NCBI GenBank assembly: GCA_963850725.1
Contig: CAWKMQ010000018.1
Coordinates: 191,128-255,127 of the forward strand
Length of the DNA stretch: 64,000 nt
From: Vicinamibacterales bacterium
GTDB taxonomy: Bacteria > Acidobacteriota > Vicinamibacteria > Vicinamibacterales > JAMQPK01
Direction of reading: 5' to 3'
Below, piece after piece: positions 55,614 to 64,000 of the stretch (positions are counted from its first letter, which is position 1; every line of letters starts with the position of its first letter). The position numbers and the translations under genes were made by a program. The notes under the pieces were generated by a model, which was not told the origin of the DNA, searched no databases, and saw only the letters and a program-made list of their open reading frames with translations.

Positions 55614-57188
55614 CTGTTCCTCCTCCGCCCAGCCCCCATTCTCCGTCGTCGAAGCCACCATTGCGGACATGCAGGCCGCGATGCAGCAGAAACGCATTAC
55701 CTCGCGCGGCATCGTCCAGCAGTACCTCGACCGCATCGCGAAGTACGAGGATCGCCTGAACGCCATCATCACGCTCAATCCCCGCGCGCTCGAAGAGGCC
55801 GACCGGCTCGATCGAGAGCGGGCGCAGGGCCGGATCCGCGGCCCGCTGCACGGCATTCCGATCGCGCTCAAGGACAACATTCACACGACCGACATGCCCA
55901 CGACCGGCGGCGCGCTCGCGTTCAAGGGGTTCGTGCCGCCGTACGAGGCCACGCTGACGAAGCAGCTTCGCGAGGCGGGCGCGATCATCATCGCGAAGAC
56001 GAACATGACCGAGCTGGCCAACTGGATTGCCGCCGGCATGCCGGGCAACTACAACGGCCTTGCCGGCTACGGCTTCAATCCCTACGATCCACGGCCCGAT
56101 CCGCGCGAGGGGACCAGACGACGGCAGGCCCGCGCTGACGGCCGGCCGGATCGAGCTCGGGCGCCGGCACGGCGGCCAATCTGTGGGCGGCGAATGTCGG
56201 CACCGAAACGTCCGGATCGATTCTCTCGCCCGCCAAACCAGACGATGATTGTGGGGATCAAGCCGACGGTGGGGCGGATCAGCCGGTACGGAATCATCCC
56301 GATTACCGCGGATCAGGACACCGCCGGGCCGATGGCGCGAACGGTGGCGGATGCGGCGATGCTGCTTCGGCGTGCTCGAAGGTGCGACGCCGGACCCGAA
56401 CGATGCGGCGACGCGGACGTGTCCACGAACGCCCAACGGTGACTACACGCGTCATCTGAACGCACGCGGACTGGAGGGCGCCCGTATCGGCATTCCGCGC
56501 GCGACGTTCGTCGATGAGGCCAGGCAAGGCGACGTCGTGCGCGAGGCCATCGCCATTCTCCGAAAGGCCGGGGCGGTCGATCGTCGATCCGGCCGACCTG
56601 CCCGAGCAACCGCCGCCGGTCTGCCGCGACGATACGGGCATCAGGGGCAAGGACGTCAATTGCTCGATCGTGTTCAAGTACGGCATGAAGCGCGACTTCA
56701 ACGCCTGGCTGGCCACGCTGGGTGCCGGCGCTCCGGTGAAAACGCTCGCGCAGCTGCGCGAGTGGAACCTCGCCCATCGCGCCGAAGGCGCCATCAAGTA
56801 CGGCCAGATCCAGCTCGACAACTCGGATGCGGTGGATCTCGAGGCCGATCGCGCGCGCTATCTTGCCGATCGGCAGAAGGATGTGCGCGTGACCGGCACG
56901 GATGGCATCGACGCGGTCTTCAAGCGCGAGCGGCTCGACGCGCTGCTGTTTGTCGGTTCGAGCGGATCGGCGTTTGCCGCCAAGCCCGGCTATCCGACCG
57001 TGATTGTGCCGTTCGCCTTCGTGCCGAACGCCCCCACGCCGCCGTTCCCGCCGGGCTTCGATGCCAAGCCGTCACCGCTCGGCATCAGTTTTACGGGTAC
57101 CGCGTGCAGCGAGCCGCGCTTGATCGAACTGGCCTATGCGTTCGAGCAGGCCACGAAGCGAAGAGTGGCGCCGGCAGAGTTTCCCTAG
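55537..57188 (+). pseudogene. Amidase (amidase-signature family), exported; at least 4 frame changes
   Basis: Sequence ..ATIADMQAAMQQKRITSRGIVQQYLDRIAKYE..LHGIPIALKDNIHT.. The signature GGSSSGAGTAANLWAANVGTETSGSILSPA is readable only in a third frame near 56150-56240. The C-terminal part is in ORF 56514..57188. Confidence 0.8.
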
Positions 57189-57197
57189 AGTCGTCTC

Positions 57198-57265
57198 AAC
57201 GCAAAGACGCGAAGACGCCAAGAATTCTGCTTTAATAAGATTCCTTGTCTTGGCGCCTTGGCGTT
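57198..57265. repeat. Imperfect word-array hairpin (AAGACGC / CCAAG words)
   Basis: cgcaaagacgcgaagacgccaagaattc ... gattccttgtcttggcgccttggcgtt lies 10 nt after the amidase stop. Confidence 0.5.
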
Positions 57266-57296
57266 AGATATCGAAACCCCGAGGACTGAGAGCCAC

Positions 57297-57707
57297 ATGG
57301 GCAGAACGGTGAGCGTTGAGATCGAGCAAGTGGGGCCGTCGACGGGGCAGGCGACGGCGCGGACGCATACGGTGTTCGTCGATCGGCCCACCGACAAAGG
57401 TGGCCACGATCGCGGACCGCTGGGTGGAGAATATTTGCTGGTGTCGCTGGGGGGCTGCTTTCTGAGCACGCTTCTGGCCGCCGTCAAGACGCGCGGCGCC
57501 GACGTCTCGAACGTGCGCGTGTCGGTGGCCGGCACCATCGGCGGCGTGCCCGAACGGTTCGAGTCGATGGCCGTGCGCGTCAATGCCACCTACAAAGACA
57601 AGGACGAAATGCGAAAGCTCCTGACGATTGCCGAGCGCGGTTGCCTCGTGACCAACACGCTCAGGGACGCCGTGGCGCTGTCACTCTATCTCGAGCCATC
57701 ACAGTGA
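57297..57707 (+). CDS. OsmC/Ohr family protein
   Basis: ATG 57297 (RBS GAGGA) within track ORF 57258..57707. Sequence ..DRPTDKGGHDRGPLGGEYLLVSLGGCFLSTL..IAERGCLVTNTL shows the two conserved Cys. Confidence 0.8.
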   Translation: MGRTVSVEIEQVGPSTGQATARTHTVFVDRPTDKGGHDRGPLGGEYLLVSLGGCFLSTLLAAVKTRGADVSNVRVSVAGTIGGVPERFESMAVRVNATYKDKDEMRKLLTIAERGCLVTNTLRDAVALSLYLEPSQ

Positions 57708-58175
57708 GCGCGCGCGCACTCGCGGCCCTCGTCATCGCGCTGGCGTGCGAGGTTGACGGCCTCGCAGTCTGCCGGCATTCAGCGCGCCGCGTGGCTGCAG
57801 GGGTGCTGGGAGATGTCCACACCGGGGAGGAGCGTCGAGGAAATCTGGACCACGCCGAAGGGCGGCAGCATGATCGGCGTCAGCCGGACGATTCGCGACG
57901 GCAAGCTCGCGGAGTACGAAATGATCGTGCTCCGCGAAGAGGGAGATCGGCTCGCCTACGAAGCGCATCCGTCGGGCCAGCCGGCGGCGACGTTTCTGTC
58001 CACGCGCGTCACCGCATCCGAACTCGTGTTCGAAGATCCGGCGCACGACTTTCCGCAGCAGGTTGGCTACCGGATCGACGGAGAGGCGTTGCTCGCCTGG
58101 GTGAGCGGATCCCAGAACGGCAAGGTGCGAAGGATTGAGTTTCCCTACAAGCGCGCCAGGTGCGCGGCGCCATGA
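57704..58175 (+). pseudogene. DUF6265-like protein, exported; one indel after the signal peptide
   Basis: GTG overlaps the OsmC stop (GTGA). Signal peptide VSARALAALVIALAC (frame 2) joins track ORF 57753..58175 (frame 3: ..AAWLQGCWEM..EIWTTPKGGSMIGVSR..AHDFPQQVGYR..) near 57760. Confidence 0.5.
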
Positions 58176-58194
58176 CCGTGTACCTGGACGGGCG

Positions 58195-58443
58195 TCAGGC
58201 GATCTTTCTGATCAATGCGCCGGCGCGCGTGGCGAGTGGACGCGCCTGAAAACGCAGCACCGGGCGGCTCGTGGTTTCAACCGTTTCAACCGTCCAGCCG
58301 GGCGACTCGTGACCGCACGCGACACACTCCAGATACACTCTGTTCTTGTCGAAGTGCATGTATTCTTCGTGTCCCCGTAACGCACAATACAATCGGTTCA
58401 AAGACTCCATAGCATGTTCCACCCTATAAGACGCAGAACCCAC
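58195..58443 (-). CDS. Small hypothetical protein with Cys/His cluster (possible zinc-binding)
   Basis: 82-aa ORF in a locally lower-GC stretch. Motif C-x3-H...C-x2-C-x-H (LYCALRGHEEYMHFDKNRVYLECVACGHESPGW). No recognisable family. Confidence 0.35.
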   Translation of the reverse strand: MGSASYRVEHAMESLNRLYCALRGHEEYMHFDKNRVYLECVACGHESPGWTVETVETTSRPVLRFQARPLATRAGALIRKIA

Positions 58444-58488
58444 CTTCTGTGGTTCCCTTTGTGAGGATTAACGCTGGGGCGCTTCAGA

Positions 58489-58971
58489 ATGAACAAGTTA
58501 GGGCAATTGACCATCGCCGAAGCGTGCATCGATGACGCCCCCATCCTGCTTGCCCTGATGCAGGCGGCCTTTGAAGAGTACGAAGGCATACTCACCCCGC
58601 CTTCCGGCGCACACAACGAGACGGTCGATACCGTCCGCGCCCGGCTGGCGGCCGGTGCCGCCGCGCTGGCGCGCGTGGGCGAAGATGCGGCCGGCTTTGC
58701 GTTCTACGAGCCCGCCGGCGATCTCGTTTATCTGGGACGGCTGTCGGTGCTGCCGCGATTCCGCAACAACGGCATCGGCGGCGCGCTCGTCGCGTACGTC
58801 GAGCGCCGCGCGAAAGAGCAGGGCGCCGCCGGCATGCGCCTCGGCGTGCGGCTGCAACTGCCGCATCTCGTCGCGCGCTACGAACGGCTGGGCTACCGCA
58901 TCACCCGGTACATGACCCATCGCGGCTACGATCAACCCACGTGGGTGTATATGGAGAAACGGTGGGCTTGA
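58489..58971 (+). CDS. GNAT family N-acetyltransferase
   Basis: Intact 160-aa ORF. Sequence ..YLGRLSVLPRFRNNGIGGALVAYVERRAKEQG..YERLGY. Confidence 0.85.
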   Translation: MNKLGQLTIAEACIDDAPILLALMQAAFEEYEGILTPPSGAHNETVDTVRARLAAGAAALARVGEDAAGFAFYEPAGDLVYLGRLSVLPRFRNNGIGGALVAYVERRAKEQGAAGMRLGVRLQLPHLVARYERLGYRITRYMTHRGYDQPTWVYMEKRWA

Positions 58972-58972
58972 A

Positions 58973-59045
58973 GAATTCGCAGATTCGCAGATTCGTAGAT
59001 TGGAAGATTGATTGCCGGATTGCGGATTGGCGATTGCCCGGTTTG
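58973..59045. repeat. Word array, core (C/G)AGATT / GGATTG (at least 8 units)
   Basis: gaattcgcagattcgcagattcgtagattggaagattgattgccggattgcggattggcgattgcccgg starts 2 nt after the stop at 58971. Confidence 0.8.
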
Positions 59046-59059
59046 GAGTGCTGTTCTTA

Positions 59060-59105
59060 CAGAAGACCAGAAGATCAGAAGAGGCCTTGATCTTCTGACC
59101 TTCTG
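59060..59105. repeat. Word-array hairpin (AGAAGATCAG word)
   Basis: cagaagaccagaagatc (59060-59076) pairs with gatcttctgaccttctg (59089-59105) at 15 of 17 positions, with a 12-nt loop. Confidence 0.75.
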
Positions 59106-59165
59106 ATCTTTTGTTTCATAGTCAGCATCCGGCGCGTTGGCGAACCGTGCGATTTTCTGAGCAGA

Positions 59166-59317
59166 CACGAAGACGACGAACCGCCGAACCCACGAACCCG
59201 CCGAACCCAACGAACCCGACGAACCCAGGAACCCGACGAACCCACGAACCCCACGAACCCGACGAACCCGTTAACGAACTTAACGAACTTGACGAACCCA
59301 CGAACCTGACTAACCCG
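59166..59317. repeat. Word array, consensus GAACCCRAC (about 15 units of 8-9 bp)
   Basis: ..cgaaccgccgaacccacgaacccgccgaacccaacgaacccgacgaacccaggaacccgacgaacccacgaaccccacgaacccgacgaacccgttaacgaacttaacgaacttgacgaacccacgaacctgactaaccc. It ends 19 nt before ATG 59336. Confidence 0.85.
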
Positions 59318-59335
59318 TGACGAGGTCGTGCTAGG

Positions 59336-60274
59336 ATGCGGGCCTTTATGAAGCCTCTCATGCTTACGTTGCTCATCGTGGTGGCGGCCGGGACGCTCGC
59401 GGCGAGACAGGCCATTCCGCAGGCGACCGGGGCCAACGTCGCGCGCGATCTGCGCGGGGCGATCGACATTCACGTGCATTCCTATCCCGACAGAGTGCCC
59501 CGCGTGCTCGACGGCCTCGAGGCGGCGCGCCAGGCCAGGGACAAAGGGCTGCGCGCGATCGTGCTCAAAAGTCACTACGACCCCACGGCCGGGCTCGCGT
59601 GGATGGCGCGCAAGGCGGTGCCCGGCATCGAGGTGTTCGGCGGCATCGACCTGAACCTGCCGGTCGGCGGCATGAACGTCCACGCCGTCGAACACATGGT
59701 GCAGACCACCGGCGGCTGGGGACGTATGGTGTGGATGTCGACGTTCGACGCGGAAAACCAGGTGCGATCGAGGAAAGCCAGCCGGCCGTTCGTGCGCGTC
59801 TCCGACAACGGCGCGCTGCTGCCGGAAACGAAGGCCGTCATCGCCGCCATCGCGAAGCACGGGCTCGTGCTCGCCAGCGGGCACGTGTCGGCTGCCGAAG
59901 CGCTGATGATGTTCGAGGAAGGCCGGCGCGTGGGTGTGCGGGCCATGGTCGCGACGCACGGCATGTCCACGCCGACGCTGCTCAGCGTCGAGCAGGCAAA
60001 GCGGGCCAACGCGCTCGGCGTGCTCGTCGAGTTCACCGGCGACACCATGCAGGGGCCAAACGCGCGTGCGCGGGTCGATCGCATTGCGGCCGACATCAGG
60101 AGCATCGGGGTCGAACATGCGATCGTGTCGTCCGATCTCGGAAAGGGAGGCGCCGAAATGCCCGTCGAGGGATTCGCGACCCTCCTCGAAGCGCTGCGCC
60201 AGAAGGGCTTCACCGATCGCGAGCTGGATCAGCTGGTAAAGGACAACCCCGCCCGCCTGCTGGGTCTGAAGTAG
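59336..60274 (+). CDS. Exported metal-dependent hydrolase-like TIM-barrel protein (amidohydrolase-related, DUF6282-like)
   Basis: Intact 312-aa ORF with a signal peptide and an HxH motif (IDIHVHS) near the N-terminus. The antisense ORF 59075..60475 is a shadow. Confidence 0.55.
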   Translation: MRAFMKPLMLTLLIVVAAGTLAARQAIPQATGANVARDLRGAIDIHVHSYPDRVPRVLDGLEAARQARDKGLRAIVLKSHYDPTAGLAWMARKAVPGIEVFGGIDLNLPVGGMNVHAVEHMVQTTGGWGRMVWMSTFDAENQVRSRKASRPFVRVSDNGALLPETKAVIAAIAKHGLVLASGHVSAAEALMMFEEGRRVGVRAMVATHGMSTPTLLSVEQAKRANALGVLVEFTGDTMQGPNARARVDRIAADIRSIGVEHAIVSSDLGKGGAEMPVEGFATLLEALRQKGFTDRELDQLVKDNPARLLGLK

Positions 60275-60284
60275 GAGCTCGAGT

Positions 60285-61522
60285 ATGAGACGCGTGGCAT
60301 CCGCCCTCGCCGCCGTCGTGCTGGTGGCTGCCATCGCGATGCACGCGCAGTCCCCGTCATCGTCTGCCAACCTTCCGTTGTTCCTGTACGCCGCGGTGGG
60401 TCCCGAGCTCTCGACGTATGCGGTGCACGCCGCGGATGGAGTCGCTGCGAAAAACCTCGAGCGCGACGTTGCCATTTGCCGTGCAGTACGTGTGGCCGCA
60501 CCCCTCGACGAAATTTCTGTATGTGGCGTGGAGCAACGGCATGCAGGGCGATCGCCACGGCATAAACGCGTACCGTATCGACCCCGTCACGGGCGCGCTG
60601 TCGCCGCACGGTGCGCCGATCGAAATCCGGCATCGGCCCGTGCACCTGACGCTCGATGCGAACGCGACCCACGTCCTCGTGGCCTACAACAATCCCAGCA
60701 GCTTGAGCGTGCACGCGCTGAACGCGGACGCCACGCTGGGACGCCGAGGTGAAGCAGCCCGCGCCGCTCGACCAGGGCATCTACGCGCACCAGATCCGTG
60801 TGCATCCGTCGAACACGATGGTCGTGCTGGTGACGCGCGGCAATGGCCCCACGGCAACACGGCCCGAAGACCCCGGCGCACTGAAGGTCTACGGCTACAA
60901 GAACGGGGTCCTGACCAATCGGCAGTCGATCGCGCCCAACGGCGGCTTCGGCTTTCAGTCGCGCCATCTGGATTTCCATCCAACACTGCCGCTCATGTAT
61001 CTCAACCTCGAGCGCCAGAACCAGCTTCAGGTCTACCGCGTCAAGGGCGACGCCATCGATCCCCAGGCCGTGTTCACCCGCAACACGCTCGATCACCCGG
61101 AGACGAGCAAGCCGGCGCAGATGACAGGTGCCATCCACATCCATCCGAACGGCCGGGTCGTCTACCTGAGCAATCGTGCGAGCGGTACTCAGGTCGTCGA
61201 CGGGAAGACGGTCTGGGAGGGGGGCGAGAACACCATCGGCGTCTATGCGATCGATCAGAAGACAGGCGAGCCCACGCGCCTTCAGAACATCGACAGCGGT
61301 GGGATGCACGCGCGCACGTTTGCGCTCGACGCGGACGCCGGCCTGCTCGTGGCGGCCAATCAGAATGCGGTGACCAAAGCGGACGGTACGCGCGTGTCCG
61401 CGTCGCTGGCCGTCTTTCGCATCGGGAGCACCGGGACGCTTACGTTTCTGCGGAAATACGACGTCGAGACGGGGCGGGGCGACACGCTCATGTGGACGGG
61501 GTTGGTGCGAATCCGAAACTAA
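60285..61522 (+). pseudogene. Lactonase-type 7-bladed beta-propeller protein (6-phosphogluconolactonase-like), exported; two frame changes
   Basis: Signal peptide in ORF 60285 (frame 3), then ORF 60418 (frame 1: ..PHPSTKFLYVAWSNG..INAYRIDPVTGAL..), then ORF 60749..61522 (frame 2: ..IHIHPNGRVVYLSNRASG..GVYAIDQKTGEPT..). Confidence 0.6.
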
Positions 61523-61570
61523 AATCTAGAAACTAGAAACTAGAACTGAAAACTGACAACTGAAAACTGG
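61514..61570. repeat. Word array, cores GAAACT / AGAAACT / GAAAACT
   Basis: gaaactaaaatctagaaactagaaactagaactgaaaactgacaactgaaaactgg spans the stop at 61520-61522 and ends 10 nt before ATG 61580. Confidence 0.75.
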
Positions 61571-61579
61571 AGTGCCGAG

Positions 61580-62194
61580 ATGCGCGTGATGGTCGCTGTG
61601 CTGATGCTGTTTGCTGTTACGATGCCCGCTGTGGCACAGGATCGACTGCCGCCCATTCCGGCGGACAAGCAGACGCCCGAGCAGCAGAAGGCATCCGAGG
61701 CGTTTCGTGCGAACCGGAAACAGGATGTGTTCGGGCCGTTCGTGCCGCTCCATCGCAGCCCCGAAGTCATGCTGCGCGCGATGGCGATGGGCGATTTCCT
61801 TCGCTACCGCACGGTGTTTCCCACCAGGCTGAACGAGCTCATCATCCTGATTACCGCCAGGCATTTCACGCAGCAGTACGAATGGTACGTGCACCAGCCG
61901 ATCGCGTTGAAGGAAGGCCTGGACCGCGGCGTCGTCGACGCCATCGCCGACGGCCGGCGGCCATCGGGCATGGCGCCCGACGAGGAGTTGATCTACGAGT
62001 TCTGCACCGAGCTTCTGCGGAACAACAGCGTGAGCGACGCCACATATGCGCGGGCCGTGCAGCGCTTCGGCGAACAGGGGATGATCGAGATGGTGGGCGT
62101 CGTGGGGTACTACACGTTCCAGTCGATGGTCCTGAACACCGCCCGCACGCCGGTCCCGGGCGGCGTCCTCGGTCTCAAACCTTTTCCCAGGTGA
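61580..62194 (+). CDS. Carboxymuconolactone decarboxylase (CMD/AhpD-like) family protein, exported
   Basis: Intact 204-aa ORF with a signal peptide. Sequence ..LNELIILITARHFTQQYEWYVHQPIALKEGL..MIEMVGVVGYYTF. Confidence 0.7.
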   Translation: MRVMVAVLMLFAVTMPAVAQDRLPPIPADKQTPEQQKASEAFRANRKQDVFGPFVPLHRSPEVMLRAMAMGDFLRYRTVFPTRLNELIILITARHFTQQYEWYVHQPIALKEGLDRGVVDAIADGRRPSGMAPDEELIYEFCTELLRNNSVSDATYARAVQRFGEQGMIEMVGVVGYYTFQSMVLNTARTPVPGGVLGLKPFPR

Positions 62195-62204
62195 ATACCC
62201 TTAA

Positions 62205-62268
62205 CAAGAGATTAGGAGACTAAGAGAATTTCTTTTCAAAGAATTCTCCTGATCTCTAGTCTCCTGTT
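62205..62268. repeat. Word-array hairpin (GGAGAYYAGG word)
   Basis: caagagattaggagactaagagaatttcttttc | aaagaattctcctgatctctagtctcctgtt. It is related to 11894..11958 and lies 11 nt after the stop at 62194. Confidence 0.7.
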
Positions 62269-62283
62269 TCCGTTTAAACAAAA

Positions 62284-62328
62284 GATCAGAAGATCAGAAG
62301 GAAATTTTTTCCTCCTAATCTCCTGATC
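62284..62328. repeat. Hairpin pairing an AGAAGATCAG arm with a GGAGATCAGG-type arm
   Basis: gatcagaagatcagaaggaaa (62284-62304) pairs with tttcctcctaatctcctgatc (62308-62328) at 18 of 21 positions, with a 3-nt loop. Confidence 0.7.
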
Positions 62329-62357
62329 TCCTGTTCGAATTTTGTTTTGAACGTTTT

Positions 62358-63156
62358 TCAGACGAGCTTGCAGATCCAGCTCGATGCGGCGTCGCAGTAC
62401 CACAGCGCGCCGTTGCGATCGATGTCGAGCCCGTGCGGCGCCGGGTCGTCCTTGCTGAGCTGAATCTTCGACACGACCGTGCCGTTTTTCGGATCGAGCT
62501 TGAAGATGATGCGGTCGTCGGAGTTGATGACCCACAGCATCCCCTTGTCGATCGCCATGCCGTGCGTGCGCGGCGTGCTGCCCGGGACCGGGAATACTGC
62601 GCACGATCTCGCCGGTTTCGGGTTCCATGAGGAACACCTTATTGGCAGCCGGGACGGCCATCCAGTATTTGCCGTCGAGCCACTTCAGGCCGTGCGCGCC
62701 CGATGGCGTGTCGCCCCGCTCGAGGCTCATGCGTCCGTACAGGCCCGACCCCGGCGTGACGAACACCTTGAGCGTCTTGCCGGTGTGCGGATCGACTTTC
62801 AGCGTCTTGGGTGGATCCTGCGCGTTCTTGCCTTTGGTGGAGCCAATCCACAGGGCGCCGTTGCCGTAGGTGATGCCGCTGGCGTGCAGCGCCTCGGTCT
62901 GGATTTCGCGAATCACGCTGCCGTCTTCGGGCTTCACGAGGAACGCCTTGTTGGTCGGCTGGTCGACCTGATCCAGCACCCAGAGTCCCTCGGCCACGAA
63001 CTGCAGGTCGTTGGGCTCTTTCGATCCCGCAACTTTGTAAAGCTTCTCGACCCGTTTGGTGATGGTCGGCACTTCCTGGGCATGTGCCGCGCGAAGCGCC
63101 GCAACCGTGCCGGCCACGCCCGCGAAAAACGCACGCCGCGAGACTGCTCGATCCAT
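62358..63156 (-). pseudogene. Tat-signal beta-propeller protein (NHL/YncE-like repeats), function unknown; one frame change
   Basis: RBS AGGAGG with ATG at 63156. Signal MDRAVSRRAFFAGVAGTVAAL. The body is in ORF 62236..63297 and the C-terminal 66 codons in ORF 62358..62558, joined near 62570. The upstream part of the track ORF beyond 63156 is not coding. Confidence 0.55.
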
Positions 63157-63208
63157 ATATGCGCCTCCTATTGTCAGACCAAGGGATTCCGGGCAGTATA
63201 GCTCTGAA

Positions 63209-64000
63209 ATGGCCAAGATGACATGCGCCGGATGCGCGGCGCTCGTGCTGGTTGCCTTCGTCGCGGGATGCGGGCCGGCGGAGCCCCCACCGGCCAATAC
63301 CCCCGCACCTCGTCCGGAGGCGGCCGTGCCGAGCGACCCGTATCAGGCGGAGATCGCAAAGTTCCGTCAGGACCGGGAAAACACGCTGAAGGGCGACGCG
63401 GGCTGGCTGACGATCGGCGGACTGTGGTTTCTGACCCAGCCGAAGACGGCGTTCGGCTCCGATCCCTTGAGCGATATCGTCTTTCCCGCGAGCGCGCCCG
63501 CCGCAGGCGGGGACGTTCGAGCTCCAGAATGGCAAAGTCACGGTGAGGGCGGCCAGCGGCGTCACATTTCTGCTCGATGGCAAACCCTTCACGTCGGGCG
63601 AGCTGAAACCGGACGTGCCCGGGCCGGCCGATCGGCTGTCGCTTGGCGAGCACCTGCAGTTCTGGGTGCACGTCAGCGGCGATCGCCTGTCGATCCGCCT
63701 GCGCGACCAGAACAACTCGCTCCGGAAGGAGTTCGTCGGGCTCAGCTGGTTCCCCGTCAACACGGCGTATCGCGTCGAGGCCCGCTACACGCCCTACGAC
63801 AAAGCGAAGACGGTCGACGTGCCGACGATTCTCGGCGATATCGACAAGGCCACGATCCCGGGCATCGTGTCGTTCATGTTGAACGGCCAGGAATACAAGC
63901 TCGAGCCGTACGCCGAGCCGGGCGACCCGCAGTTCTGGTTCGTGTTCCGCGATCTCACGAGCCAGAAGGAGACGTATCAGGCGGCTCGATTCCTGTACGC
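63209..64000 (+). pseudogene. DUF1684-family lipoprotein (3' end beyond window), one frame change
   Basis: ATG 63209 with lipobox LVAFVAGC. Sequence ..YQAEIAKFRQDRENTLKGDAGWLTIGGLWFL.. (frame 2). After about 63505 frame 3 reads ..FELQNGKVTVRAASG..HLQFWVHVSGDRLSIRLRD..FVFRDLTSQKETYQAARFLY. Confidence 0.7.

Noticed and set aside
59166-59317. Possible CRISPR array, because of its regular short repeats
   Set aside because: The period is only 8-9 bp with no spacers. The units are degenerate, and no cas genes or leader are present. It is a tandem word array, not CRISPR.

Overview
GC-rich bacterial chromosomal segment, roughly two-thirds G+C by eye. The gene inventory looks like a soil Acidobacteria-type organism. 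This is an inference from four CarboxypepD_reg-type TonB-dependent receptors, a VWFA-related protein, PQQ/NHL/lactonase beta-propellers and many exported hydrolases. I resolve about 57 protein-coding genes. I see no rRNA, tRNA, CRISPR, transposase or integrase. Three sequence-level phenomena dominate. (1) About 30 genes are interrupted by small indels, roughly 70 frame changes in total. The indels are clustered, and I noticed no nonsense codons in conserved segments. I give reconstructed gene spans and label them pseudogene 'as assembled', but consensus indel error is the likelier cause. (2) About half of the intergenic spacers carry word-like degenerate tandem arrays of 8-10 bp units. The cores are GAGTC, CGAACCC, CAGATT, AGAAGATCAG, GGAGAYYAGG, GTAGAAAG, GAAACT, ATGGCAG, CACGAAG and GGTTCYRG. 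The same words recur at loci tens of kb apart. Many arrays are arranged as long imperfect hairpins just after stop codons, and some run into ORF ends or signal peptides. I know of no described element class that matches, and this is my top candidate for something new. (3) A REP-like palindrome (GTCCGGCTNNAGCCGGACACNANGTA) occurs at four loci. Gene-level candidates worth a second look are: a glutamate racemase / Ntn-acylase / D-aminoacylase cluster; a divergent zf-TFIIB protein with an SPFH protein carrying an excisionase-type HTH, next to a low-GC two-gene islet and a DUF853 ATPase; two periplasmic PQQ-dehydrogenase + cyclase-family modules; and a receptor-rich locus with an IclR regulator and a Tat-signal HpcH-type aldolase.
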